Below, one piece after another: positions 13,401 to 26,100 of a stretch of 64,000 nt of DNA (the stretch's first letter is position 1; every line of letters starts with the position of its first letter). Below the pieces are notes generated by a model, which was given only the letters and a program-made list of their open reading frames with translations, had not been told where the DNA came from and searched no databases. The stretch is from Squalus acanthias (lineage: Eukaryota). The stretch lies in assembly GCA_030390025.1 (NCBI GenBank), contig JASTWF010000366.1, positions 124,001 through 188,000 of the forward strand. The letters are read 5' to 3'. Made by a program: the position numbers and the translations under genes.

Positions 13401-16400
13401 CGCTGGGCCTTCCCGCACTTTGCCCAATTGGCCATTCTTTATGTGTGAGCCAACACAGTGAGTGTTGACAGACTGTTGAGTGTAGAAGGCATCACAGCCA
13501 AGCCTGATCCTGTCCAAGCCCAATTTCCACACACATTCACTCAATCACTCACTTTTCAGGTATGAGCCACTAGATACCAGTCAAGACCAGATATCCTGGT
13601 TGAATTTTCCCTTCCTTATTCCAGATGTTGTGGTACCCCATCTGCCACACTGGCTAAGATAACTCAGCGCAATTGAACCTAGGACTGTATGGCTCAGTAA
13701 GACATCGCTTATTTAACCACAACAAACTCTTTCACAATTTGTGTATAAGGAGACAGCATGATAATATGTTGAAATGTATCATCTCATCACTGGCAAGTGA
13801 TGTTTTGATAAAAATAACTCATGGTCCATAAATCTCTCCTGCATCCACCCGCCCTCCCCAAAAAAATTGCCATGTCTGCCTCATGAAGACAGTACCACTT
13901 TAAGAAGGAGCGGAGATCCTAAAAAAAAATTCAGGTGTCAAGTTGTAAGGTGCTCATCATGATGACCCACATATAATTTTCAGTCATGTAGCCCTGTTCC
14001 TGTAATAGAAAATAGCTTGAAATGCTAGACAGTAATAATGTTAGCTTACTCAATTTTGGTTCTGAAGCTTCATCAATCATTCTGCCATGAATCAGGAGTG
14101 TGGTCAAAAGATCGCAAGTATTACCAATCCCCATGCACCGCAGAGAGACTCCTCTCTCCACCCTCCTCCCCTGTTGTATGCAGACAACCACACTGTAATC
14201 TCACTAAATGATTCCATTTTAATACCGCATATACTTAGCACATCTCTAAATGATAATTTGAAACATCAGGGAGCAGTGCCAAACCACATATTATTACACG
14301 AAGCATAGCAGCAAAGTGGTGACACTGACAAAACACTGTCACTGCAACCATCATCTGCAATAAACATCTTATCCACAATGTTAAAAGCCGACTGGGGTAA
14401 AGAGCTCTATCATTCAGTGCCTGACTCTCTGCATCTCTTTAATCCCCCTGCAATTCTTTTACCTCTTAAAATGCACTAAAAATCCATTCTTACCCAATCT
14501 TCAATCAAAAGGGTCTGGTTTTTAGGTCTCATTCTTGTCTATTGCTGCTTTTTAAGAAAATAAGGATTTAATTTTTTAATATCTATTTTTGTTCTGTTAA
14601 CACCATTTGCACTGCACACCTTCAACACAGGTCCCTTCTTTGATTAAGAAATACCAGATATTTTACTTAATCATTTTTCCTCCTTCTCTGCTCTTATTAT
14701 TGTAGTTAAAGTTCAGTGGGCACTGGATGCCACCGACTACCTTGCCCAAATGGCCATTATCCATGTACTTGGCAGTAAATGCCAGTAGGTTGCCCTACTG
14801 TGGGGGGGGGGGTGGAAGAGGAGGGCACCATATCCAAGTCCAATCCTGTCCCCTCCTGACATCCACACCCAACACTTCGAGGAAATATTACTGGTTAGAA
14901 TTAGCTTTAGGAACCCTGGTCTCCAGAGGTATTGAGACCAACTGGAGTGCCATCCTGGCTGAAATCATCTAACTCAATACAGATTGGGGATTGAACCTAG
15001 GACTTTCCCAGTCAGTGTGGCTCTACTAAGGAGTGTTTTTATTTCTTTATTCTAATGCTGTTTTCCCTCCTGTACTGACAATGAGTCCTGAGCACCATGG
15101 GTAACAGTATAAATATCTACATTGCCTCTGCCAGGGCTGCCCCCCCTGGCTTACCGGTAGGTGAGGCTGAAATGTGACCAGAAATGAAAGTGTACAGTAG
15201 TTTCTCCTACTGTTTTTATTCATCTTCATTTTCTCTCTCCCTTTTTCTTTTTGGCTCATACTCTCCATTCTTCTCCTCTGCAGTCGCTCAGCAGAGAAAA
15301 CTGACACAACTCTCTCAACTGAGTCAAATCGTTTAGAGTAATACACCAACTAACCAAGCATTCAAATCACAACCTGACCATCAGGAGTCACCTCAGCCAC
15401 CGGGCTGCCTAGTTTCTTGAATTCTGTTTTAGCAGTTTTATTTATATTTCCTGCCCCCCCCCCACCCCCTCCAATTTTCTTCCCTGCTCTCCTGAGGGTG
15501 TTGACTCCTTGCTGAGGTACGATTTCATATTCACCAGCCGCTCTCCGACACCTCGCTCAAGTGACTGTTTTTCATGTGTGAGCCTGCGCAGTGAATGTAA
15601 AAAAAAAAATCCTTATTCAACCTTAAAGAAAGAATCATTGCCGAGTCCTATCCTGTGCTCACGCAACATCCACACATACACACTTGCTAGCCGGAGTCGC
15701 CTGATAGTGAGCGAGAGTGAGAACCCTAGCTGATTGTTCCCCTCCCTGGGACAAGTGCATTGAGAGGCCAATTGTAATGCCCCCACCAGCTGAGATCAGC
15801 TTCTGCTCATTCACTCCCCCTCCCTCTCATGCACCAGGGATTGAATACACTTTTTCCCCTTCAATTAGTTTTCTTTGTGCAATGTAGATCTAACCAAAAA
15901 TCCTTTGTAACTATCATTGCTTTTTCTTTATTCTGTAATGAAAATAAGTTTCAATAATCACATTGTAATCTGAAAATGTCAGCTCAAACAGGCTATAATT
16001 AAGGCACAAAATGCAATAAACTGCAATGAACATTAGAATGACAGAACTCTTTGTATTAAAATATTAAAGTGATGTATATTGCTCTGTTTATGGGGATCTA
16101 AATGAGTTCAGCTTATTTCTCAAAGATTCATGACCACTGTCCTATTTAAGTATCTTTACACTCACGGTTCTTTACTGCTCTCAGTTTAAAATAAAAAGAT
16201 TAAAAGTTTGAGTTCTGACTGACATAACTCTGAATCACAGATGATCTTTCCCTTTTCTGTAAAGATTATGTCTCCAGATAGCTGCAATGCCTGGTGTGGT
16301 ACTGAATCATACAGGCCAGGATGGTCTCAGATTCCATCCACACCCTATGCTTTTAACTCATCGTAAGTGATAAGAATGCTCTTGGATTATAGAAGGCCAC

Positions 16401-16699
16401 ATCAGCCAGGATTTCCAATCTTGATCGCAATCTTGTGACCCTGTTGATATGTACGTGGATATCAGATGGGAACACAGTCTGGCTCGGCGTTGATACACCC
16501 ATGGTCAAATAATTGTTAATGCTCACTGTTTAGGCTCAGATATGATGAATGTCTAGTTGGTGGGTACTGAGTAGCCGTTGGTGCTGCAGAATTGTGCCCC
16601 AGTATGAGTCAGTGCCTTCAGGAGAGCAGGGGAGAAAACTGATGGAAACACTTAACAAAACAACTAAATGAGATGCCTTTGCATGTGCTGGCTTCATCT

Positions 16700-17140
16700 A
16701 ATTAGATATGGCTAAGTACATTTAATCGGTTTAGCACACAACCCTTTCACCTCTGAGCTCTGGGTCTAAATCCAGTCTAGACTGATAGGATGGAAGTCTT
16801 CTTTCTCTGCAGGCTGTGAAGGTCTTGTGTGAAATAAGTTGGGGCAGTTTCACTCCAATTTGTGGTGGTTATGGGTTCACAGTACAAATCCAAACCAAAC
16901 TGCCCCTAAATGCTACCAATTGGTAATCTCACTCAGATAGGCCCCAGGATGGCTAGTTTGGGAGATGGAAAAATGTTTTGCAGTAGGGGGTGTTTTTCAA
17001 GTTTGGGGCTGGAATATATTGTTGGGTCTACACCTGGCCAAGGAGTGCTTGATGCTAACTAACACTGGGAATCTGAAATGAGAAAAATATTCTATTCCCT
17101 AGAATTAACATCCCTCACTTTGATGAGCACAAAATTCACA
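16700..17140 (+). mobile_element. LF-SINE-like element; related copies at ~40-410(-), 10020-10505(-), 12230-12600(+), 12700-12880(+), 37130-37410(+), 40190-40570(+), 57520-57840(-)
   Basis: TTTCACCTCT...AAATCCAG...GTGAAAT.AGTT...CAGTTCCTAGTGG...CACAAAAC blocks match my recollection of the LF-SINE consensus. Confidence 0.6.
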
Positions 17141-18573
17141 ACCAAAAACCCCCTAAAAATGAATTTGTCAGCTGGATCACTGCAGATTTTTTAAAAGAAA
17201 AATGAAAAATCTTTTTGTTTTGCGGCTGCTGTGGGTTTAATTGATTGATGTTAAAAGTTTGGAAAAATAAAAACCTAACCAGTCTTACAAAGCTCCTTTT
17301 TACTGTGGGCTTCACTGTTCACCGCAGGCTCTCCTCTATTGAAACTGGCAGCTCACATTTTAGCTTTGGACTGACTCTGTCATCCTGCCCGGAATGTTCC
17401 TGCCACTTTACATGAGAGCTCTTCGCTGAAAGACACATGTAGTTTGAATCATACAATCAATAGAACACTTAATGGACAATTAGGGAACAGCTGTAGGCCT
17501 GTCAGAGACCCATCTGTACACAAGTCGAACAGCCTCACCCAGGACAGGGCCTAGAAAACAAAGTAAATTGCTGCAGGGCATTGGTGCGTAATACAGAAAT
17601 AAGCTCTATAAAATGTTACTGTGGGATTCATTCATTCTCCGTTTTAAAAATTTAAACAGGTGCAAGATATTAGACAAATTCAGTGAAGGGCTTTTGTCAA
17701 CTCGCTCCTGGAAATGAGGGGATGAATTGATCAGTATGTTTTTTTTTGTAATTTGATCCCGATGTAAATAAAATGTTCCCATCTAGTTAACAGAAAGATC
17801 GCTTTCTTTTGAGGTTCCTGCTGTTTTCAGCAGCAACGCAGTGGATTTCTTTCACTTAGGAAATTAGACCAGGGAACAAGCAAGCATACAACTGGAGCTA
17901 TTTTTTATCCTCGGCCCCCCCCCCCCATCGCCCCCGCCAATGTTCTAAAATTTCTCCTCTCCGTTTGCCGAGGGAACCGGCTCACGCTGAGGTACAGTTC
18001 CGTGGATGCCATGTACCCTCTGGTACTTCAACCAAGTGGCCTTTCCTTACGTGTGACTATAAACAGTGAGTGTCAGCAGGCCATTACACTGTGGAAAGAA
18101 ACCACATCCAAGTGCATCTGGCTTCACACAACGTCCACATGCATATTTTTACCAGGAATCACAAAATAACAAGAGACTTGCAGATGAGGAAATCCTTTCG
18201 GACCATCTTAATTCATCCATCCAGAACATGCTCTCTCTCCACTCCCACCCCGCCAATGCAGTGTATAATTTTTCTCATAAATGAGTCCAGGATTTTCATA
18301 TACCACTCTGCTCGGAAATCCATTCCAAGGTTTGATCACTCTCTGTGCGAAGAACCTCCTGATATCAGTCCTAAAGTTATCTTTTACTAGTTTGAATCTG
18401 TGTCCCCTTGTCCTACTCCCATTGTCTATTTAAAAGTAGTATTCCAGATTAACGTTTTCCATACCATTTACTATCTTATATACTTCTATAAAATTACCTC
18501 TCAGACACCTTCATTCCAGGCTGAAAGGCCCACGGATTTCCAATCTATGCTCAGAACTGAGACCCCTGACATT

Positions 18574-19150
18574 AGAGCTCCGATTTTAACCCTCCGTGCC
18601 CCCGACAGGCAGGAAAGGGTCTGGCGAAGGGTTAAAATTTGAAAATTCTAGCTCCTGGCTCCAACCTGCCGAGCTCCCGGCTGCCATAATGTTAATGATG
18701 GCAAATTATGCAATCGACGAGGCTCCCGTTACAGAGAGGTGGGGGGCCTACTTAACATTAATAAGTCACAGCCTGATTATGTCATCAGCGCAGCGATATA
18801 ATCTTAACTTAAAGTCAGGGGGTGTACCGCCCTGTATGCAGCCCTGCAGCAGAACCAAGGCGGTAAGATTTGAAAATTTGCTTCTGTTAGAACTCCGTGC
18901 GGGCCAAGAGGAACAGTAGTGCGCTCCCCAGGCCCCGCAAGGAGTCCTTGGGCCTCCCCAGCCGCGGCCTACCCCCGATCGCAGTACTACCTCCCCTCCC
19001 ACCCCTCCAATCCCGTCCATACCCCTCCTCCAACTGACTGCTGGAGACTGTACGCACGGGTCACCGGCTACAGCCTGCTGCCAACAAATTCCTGGTCTTG
19101 CCCACCAGTCAGGAAGTGGAACTGGCCAGGTGCCGGGCGGGACTGCCGTA
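18574..19150. mobile_element. GC-rich DNA-transposon fragment (Harbinger-like left end) interrupting a CR1
   Basis: Starts AGAGCTCCGATTTTAACC, similar to other TIRs here; right TIR not seen. Confidence 0.4.
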
Positions 19151-19159
19151 AAGTTTGGT

Positions 19160-21470
19160 CTGACCCAGAACTGAACTCAGTGCTCAAGGTGCAGTCTGAC
19201 CAGAACAGGATATGGTGCTCAAGGTGCAGTCTGACCAGAACTGGACACAGTGCTCAAGGTGCAGTCTGACCAGAACAGGATATGGTGCTCAAGGTCAGGT
19301 CTGACCAGAACTAGACATAGTGCTCAAGGTGCAGTGTGACCAGAACTGGACACAGTGCTCAAGGTCAGGTCTGACCAGAACTAGACATAGTGCTCAAGGT
19401 GCAGTGTGACCAGAACTGGACACAGTGCTCAAGGTGCAGTCTGACCAGAACTGGACACAGTGCTCAAGGACCGGACTGACCAGAACTGGACACAGTGCTG
19501 AAAGAGCAGTCTGACCAGAACTGGACACAGTGCTCAAGGTCCGGCCCGACCAGAATTGGACACAGTGCTCAAGGAGCAGTCTGACCAGAACTAGACACAG
19601 TGCTCAAGGAGCAGTCTGACCAGAACTAGACACAGTGCTCAAGGTGCAGTCTGACCAGAACTGGACACAGTGCTCAAGGAGCAGTCTGACCAGAACTAGA
19701 CACAGTGCTCAAGGTGCAGTCTGACCAGAACTGGACACAGTGCTCAAGGTCAGGTCTGACCAGAACTGGACACAGTGCTCAAGGAGCAGTCTGACCAGAA
19801 CTGGACACAGTGCTCAAGGTCAGGTCTGACCAGAACTGGACACAGTGCTCAAGGTCAGGTCTGACCAGAACTGGACACAGTGCTCAAGGAGCAGTCTGAC
19901 CAGAACTGGACACAGTGCTCAAAGACCGGAATGACCAGAACTGGACACAGTGCTCAAGGTGCAGTCTGACCAGAACTGGACACGGTGCTCAAGGAGAAGT
20001 CTGACCAGAACTGGACACAGTGCTCAAGGTCAGGTCTGACCAGAACTGGACACAGTGCTCAAGGACCGGTCTGACCAGAACTGGACACAGTGCTCAAGAT
20101 GCAGTCTGACCAGAACTGGACACAGTGCTCAAGGTCAGGTCTGACCAGAACTGGACGCAGTGCTCAAGGTGCAGTCTGACCAGAATAAGACACAGTGCTC
20201 AAGGTCAGGTCTGACCAGAACTGGACACGGTGCTCAAGGACCGGAATGACCAGAACTGGACACAGTGCTCAAGGACCGGTCTGACCAGAACTGGACACAC
20301 TGCTCAAGATGCAGTCTGACCAGAACTGGACAGAGTGCTCAAGGTGCAGTCTGACCAGAACTGGACACAGTGCTCAAGGTCAGGTCTGACCAGAACTGGA
20401 CACAGTGCTCAAGGTGCAGTCTGACCAGAACTGGACACAGTGCTCAAGGTGCAGTCTGACCAGAACTGGACACAGTACTCAAGATGCAGTCTGACCAGAA
20501 CTGGACACAGTGCTCAAGGTCAGGTCTGACCAGAACTGGACAGAGTGCTCAAGGTGCAGTCTGACCAGAACTGGACACAGTGCTCAAGATGCAGTCTGAC
20601 CAGAACTGGACAGAGTGCTCAAGGTGCAGTCTGACCAGAACTGGACACAGTGCTCAAGGTGCAGTCTGACCAGAACTGGACACAGTGCTCAAGGTCAGGT
20701 CTGACCAGAACTGGACACAGTACTCAAGATGCAGTCTGACCAGAACTGGACACAGTACTCAAGGTGCAGTCTGACCAGAACTGGACACGGTGCTCAAGGA
20801 CCAGTCTGACCAGAACTGGACACAGTGCTCAAGGTGCAGTCTGACCAGAACTGGACGCAGTGCTCAAGGTGCAGTCTGACCAGAACTAGACACAGTGCTC
20901 AAGGTCAGGTCTGACCAGAACTGGACACAGTGCTCAAGGACCGGTCTGACCAGAACTGGACACAGTGCTCAAGGTCAGGTCTGACCAGAACAGGATATGG
21001 TGCTCAAGGACCGGTCTGACCAGAACTGGACACAGTGCTCAAGGTGCAGTCTGACCAGAACTGGACACAGTGCTCAAGGTGCAGTCTGACCAGAACAGGA
21101 TATGGTGCTCAAGGACCGGTCTGACCAGAACTGGACACAGTGCTCAAGGACTGGTCTGACCAGAACTGGACACAGTGCTCAAGGTGCAGTCTGACCAGAA
21201 CTGGACACTGTGCTCAAGGACCGGAATGACCAAAACTGGACACAGTGCTCAAGGTGCAGTCTGACCAGAACTGGACACAGTGCTCAAGGTGCAGTCTGAC
21301 CAGAACTGGACACAGTGCTCAAGGTGCAGTCTGACCAGAACTGGACATAGTGCTCAAGGTCAGGTCTGACCAGAACTGGACACAGGGCTCAAGGTGCAGT
21401 GTGACCAGAACTGGACACAGTGCTCAAGGTCCAGTCTGACCAGAACAGGACACAGTGCTCAAGGTCCGGT
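19160..21470. repeat. 35-bp minisatellite, ~66 copies
   Basis: Unit CTGACCAGAACTGGACACAGTGCTCAAGGTGCAGT; 19196-21470 is 2275 bp = exactly 65 units in register, plus one degenerate first unit. Confidence 0.97.
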
Positions 21471-22299
21471 CTGACCAGAGCACTGTACTTTTTGATTACA
21501 ACATCCTCTGATTTGTATTATACTGTTTTAGTTCAACATTCTATTGGCTTGTTGATTGCTGCCTTGCACTGATTGGATGTGTTGCACAGAGACTACTAGG
21601 ATTCCTCAGGTCTCTTCAACCTCATATTTAGCTATTTCAGCACAATTCATGGAGTATATCTGCTCCCCATTTTTCCTTTCAACGTACAAGACTTTACACT
21701 CGTCTGCATGAAATTTCAACTGCCATTGTTCACTCACATAATTTGTTTTATTTCATTCTGCAGTGTCTGGGCTGCCTGCTTCATTTCCACTGCCCCTTCG
21801 AGTTTGGTATCTTCTGCAAATTTGGCCAATATTGAGTTTCTGAATCCAAGTCATTGATGTAAATTAGATGTAAATGAGAAAGAGCAGTGGTCCCAACAAT
21901 GAGGCACCTCTGTCAGTACACCCTCCCCCCACTCATGCTGACATTACCCCTCTAATTAGTAGCCACTGTATCCTACCCTTCAGCCAATTTCTTATCCATA
22001 CCTAAATTTTGCCCTGAATTCCCACAGTTTTGAGCTTAATTAATAATCTTTTATGTGGAACTTTATCAAATGCCTTCTGGAAGCCTACTTAAACAATATC
22101 ATTGGGTTTACAATAGTTAATTTGGGTTGTCATCTCCTCAGAGAAATCAAGTAGATTCGTCAGGCAGGATTTTCCCCATCTAAAGCTGTGTTTACTATGT
22201 TGGATAACAATCAGGAAGGAGAACCTTGGCTGATTGACCTCACCTTTTCTAAGGGCGCTGAGGTTAATTGTCACACTCCTACTACACATATTTACCCAT

Positions 22300-22400
22300 C
22301 AGTTATGACGTAAGGTCATCGACCTGAAACGTTAACTCTGTTTCTCTCTCCACAGATGCTGCCTGACCTGCTGAGTGTTCTCAGCAGTTTCTGTTTTTAT
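22300..22400 (+). mobile_element. Penelope-like terminal fragment (same family)
   Basis: AAGGTCATCGACCTGAAACGTTAACTCTG...GATGCTGCCTGACCTGCTGAG; flanking direct repeat ATTTACCCAT. Confidence 0.65.
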
Positions 22401-22544
22401 TACATAGATTTACCCATTGACTGTGGTGTGTGCTGAGTTAACTGATCTTAACTGGGTTGTCAACAGTTGTCCTCAGTACCCTGGGCAAGTAAAGTGAAAA
22501 AAATCAAACAAGTTTCTTGCTTCTGATTGCTATCCAGAAACCTT

Positions 22545-22582
22545 TGCGTGCGTGTGTGTGTGTGTGTATGTGTGCGCGCGTG
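22545..22582. repeat. (GT/GC)n microsatellite
   Basis: TGCGTGCGTGTGTGTG...GCGCGCGTG. Confidence 0.8.
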
Positions 22583-22751
22583 AATGTACATTTGGTGAGG
22601 ACAGGAATGGGCTCAACCGCTGTGCCCCAAGGTCCAAAAGCCAGACAACACTCACTGCCTTGGGTCAAACATAACTATAACAAATAGCTACATGGATGAG
22701 GCACTAGAGGTTGTCAGCACTTGTGGAACTGTGCTCCATCATGAGTCAATG

Positions 22752-22909
22752 GGGGTGCAATTGGTCTTCGGTAATAGTGCAAAATGGGCGATAATGAATC
22801 GGGAACTCCTTTTACAACCCGCCTGATTTTCTCTTCGATTAGAAAACACAATTGAGCGGGTGTAAAATGGGCTGTCGATTTGCTATCGCTGAAGACCATT
22901 TTCATCCCC
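22752..22909. mobile_element. Harbinger-type MITE inside a SINE 3' end
   Basis: GGGGTGCAATTGGTCTTC ... GAAGACCATTTTCATCCCC; ATG on both flanks. Confidence 0.7.
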
Positions 22910-23140
22910 ATGTGCCTTCAGGTAAGAAGAGATAACTGATAAACAAATTATATTAAATGCCCCTTCTTGAAACAGTACCCTGATGTGTACTTAGTGATTA
23001 CTTTAGTCTGTAAGGATAATAGTACTCATTTATATATTTTAAACCATTTTTATATTTCTAATCTAAAGTAACATTAACATTTAAATTTAATTAATATATT
23101 TCAGCCTCCCACCCCAACCACTGCCAGCATCCTCCAGTCA

Positions 23141-26100
23141 TACTGACTAATGATCCAGAGACGTGAGTTCAAATCCCACCACGGCAGCTGGGGAATTTAA
23201 ATTCAGTTAATTAAATAAATCTGGAATAAAAAGCTAGTATCAGTAATGGTGACCATGAAACTATCGGATTGTTGTAAAAACCCATCTGGTTCACTAATGT
23301 CCTTTAGGGAAGGAAATCTGCCGTCCTTACCTGGTCTGGCCTATATGTGACTCCAGATCCACAGCAATGTGGTTGACTCTTAACTGCCCTCTGAAATGGC
23401 CTAGCAAGCCACTCAGTTGTACACAACCTCTACGAAAAACAATAAGAAGAATAAAACCGGACGGGCCACCCGGTATCGACCTCGGCACCGACTTCAGACA
23501 CGAAAACGGCACACCCAGCCCAGTCGACCCTGCAAAGTCCTCCTCACCAACATCTGGGGACTTGTGCCAAAATTGGGAGAGCTGTCCCACACACTAGTCA
23601 AGCAACAGCCTGACATAGTCATACTCACAGATTCATACCTTTCAGCCAATGTCCCAGATTCGTCCACCACCATCCCTGGGTATGCCCTGTCCCACCGGCA
23701 GGAGAGACCCACCAGGGGTGGCGGCACAGTGGTATACAGTCGGGAGGGAGTGGCCCTGGGAGTCCTCAACATTTACTCCGGACCCCATGAAGTCTCATGG
23801 CTTCAGGTCAAGCATGGGCAAGGAAACCTCCTGCTGATTACCACCTACTGCCCTCCCTCAGCTGATGAATCAGTACTCCTCCATGTTGAACACCACTTGG
23901 AAGAAGCACTGAGAGTAGCAAGGGCACAGAATGTACTCTGGGTGGGGGACTTCAATGTCCATCACCAAGAGTGGCTCAGTAGCACCACTACTGACCGAGC
24001 TGGCTGAGTCCTGAAGGACATAGCTGCCAGACTAGGACTGCAGGCAGGTGGTGAGAGAACCAATACGAGGGAAAAACATACTTGACCTTGTCTTCAGAAA
24101 TCTACCTGTCATAGATGCATCTGTCCGTGACAGCATTGGTAGCAGTGACCACCACACAATCCATGTGGAGATGAAATCCCGTCTTCACACTGAGGACACC
24201 CTCCATCATGTTGTGTGGCCAAATGGGATAGATTCAGAACAGATCTAGCAGCTCAAAACTGGGCATCCATGACGCAGTGTGGGCCATCAGCAGCAGCAGC
24301 AGAATTGTATTCCACCACAATCTGTAACCTCATGGCTCAGCATATCCCTCACTCTACCATTACCATCAAGCCAGGGGACCAACCCTGGTTGAATGAGGAG
24401 TGCAGAAGAGCATGACAGGAGCAGCACCAGGCGTACCGAAAAATGAGGTGCCAATCTGGGGAAGCTGCAACACAGGACTACATGCATGCTAAACAGCGGA
24501 AGCAGCATGCTATAGCCAGAGCTAAGCGATCCCACAATTAACAGATCAGAGCAAAGCTCTGCAGTCCTGCCACATCCAGTCGTGAATGGTGGTGGACAAT
24601 TGAATAACTAACGGGAGGAGGAGGCTCCATAAATATCCCCGTCCTCAATGTTGGCGGAGCCCAGCACGTGAGTACAAAACACAAGGCTGAAGCATTTGCA
24701 ACCATCTTCAGCCAGAAGTGCCGAGTGGATGATCCACATCGGCATCCTCCTGAGGTCCCCAATATCACAGAAGCCAGTCTTTGGTCAGTTCGATTTATTC
24801 CATGTGATATCAAGAAATGGCTGAGCGCACGAGATACAGCAAAGGCTATGGGCCCTGACAACATCCCAGCTGTCGTGCTGAAGATTTGCACTCCAGAACT
24901 AGTTGTGCCTCTAGCCAAGCTATTCCAGTACAGCTACAACACTGGCATCTATCTGACAATGTGGAAAACTGCCTGACATGAATCTTGTCATTCATGTGGA
25001 AATAACTTATGAAATAATACTGGGCGGCCTGCTGGTGGCGCTGTCCAGGGAGAGTATAAATACTCGGGCATGGGCCCAGCTTGCTCAGGACATTCTTTAA
25101 CAGGAACTAGTGAAGGACACAACTAGACCTCCATGTTGAAAAACAGTTGATTTAAGCTTTGTTTAACGCTTAGACCAAGTGCCTAGTAGTTTTCTTACGT
25201 CACTGCCCAGGTATGTCCTGTCCACAAAAAGCAGGACAAATCCAATCTGGCCAATTACCGCCCCATCAGTCTACTCTCAATCATCAGCAAAGTGATGGAC
25301 GGTGTCGTCGACATTGCTATCAAGCGGCATTTACTCACGAATAACCTGCTCACTGATGCCCAGTTTGGGTTCGACCAGGACCACTCAGCTCCCGACCTCA
25401 TTACAGCCTTGGTCCAAACATGGACAAAAGAGCTGAATTCCAGAGGTGAGTTGAGAGTGACTACCCTTGACATCAAGGCAGCATTTGACCAAGTGTGACA
25501 TCAAGCAGCCCTAGTAAAATTGAAGTCAATGGGAAACAAGGGGAAAACTCTCCAATGGCTGGAGTCATACCTAGCACAAAGGAAGATGGTTGTAGTTGTT
25601 GGAGGTCAATCATCTCAGCCACAGGACATCGCTGCAGGAGTTCCGCAGGGCAGTCTCCTCGGCCCAACCATCTTCAGCTGCTTCATCAATGAGCTTCCCT
25701 CCATCATAAGGTCAGAAGTGAGGATGTTCGCTGATGATTGCACAGTGTTCAGTTCCATTCGCAACTCCTCAGATAATGAAGCAGTCCGAATGCCCGAATG
25801 CAGCAAGACCTGGATGACATTCAGGATTGGGCTGATAAGTGGCAAGTAACATTCGCGCCACACAAGTGCCAGGCAATGACTATCTCCAACAAGCGAGAGT
25901 CCAACCACCACCCCTTGACATTCAACAGCATTACTATCACCGAATACCCCACCATCAACATCTGGGGATCACCATTGACCATAAACTTAACTGGACCAGC
26001 CACATAAATACCGTGGCTACAAGAGCAGGTCAGAGGCTGGGTATTCTGCGGCGAGTATCTCACCTCCTGACTCCCCAAAGCCTTTCCACCATCTACAAGG

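Larger units (their letters stand above)
18283..22200 (-). mobile_element. Degenerate CR1 LINE (RT to 3' region) hosting the minisatellite
   Basis: GKSCLTNLLDFSEE near 22089-22200; RT-like sequence 21471-22200; CR1 3'-type sequence 18283-18573. Confidence 0.75.

Noticed and set aside
19160..21470. CRISPR-like array (conserved ~29 bp plus variable slot)
   Set aside because: The variable part is only ~6 bp and recurs; there are no cas genes; the context is eukaryotic; the unit derives from CR1.
19160..21470. Repeat-encoded protein
   Set aside because: A 35-bp unit shifts frame each copy, and TGA occurs on both strands, so no long ORF exists.
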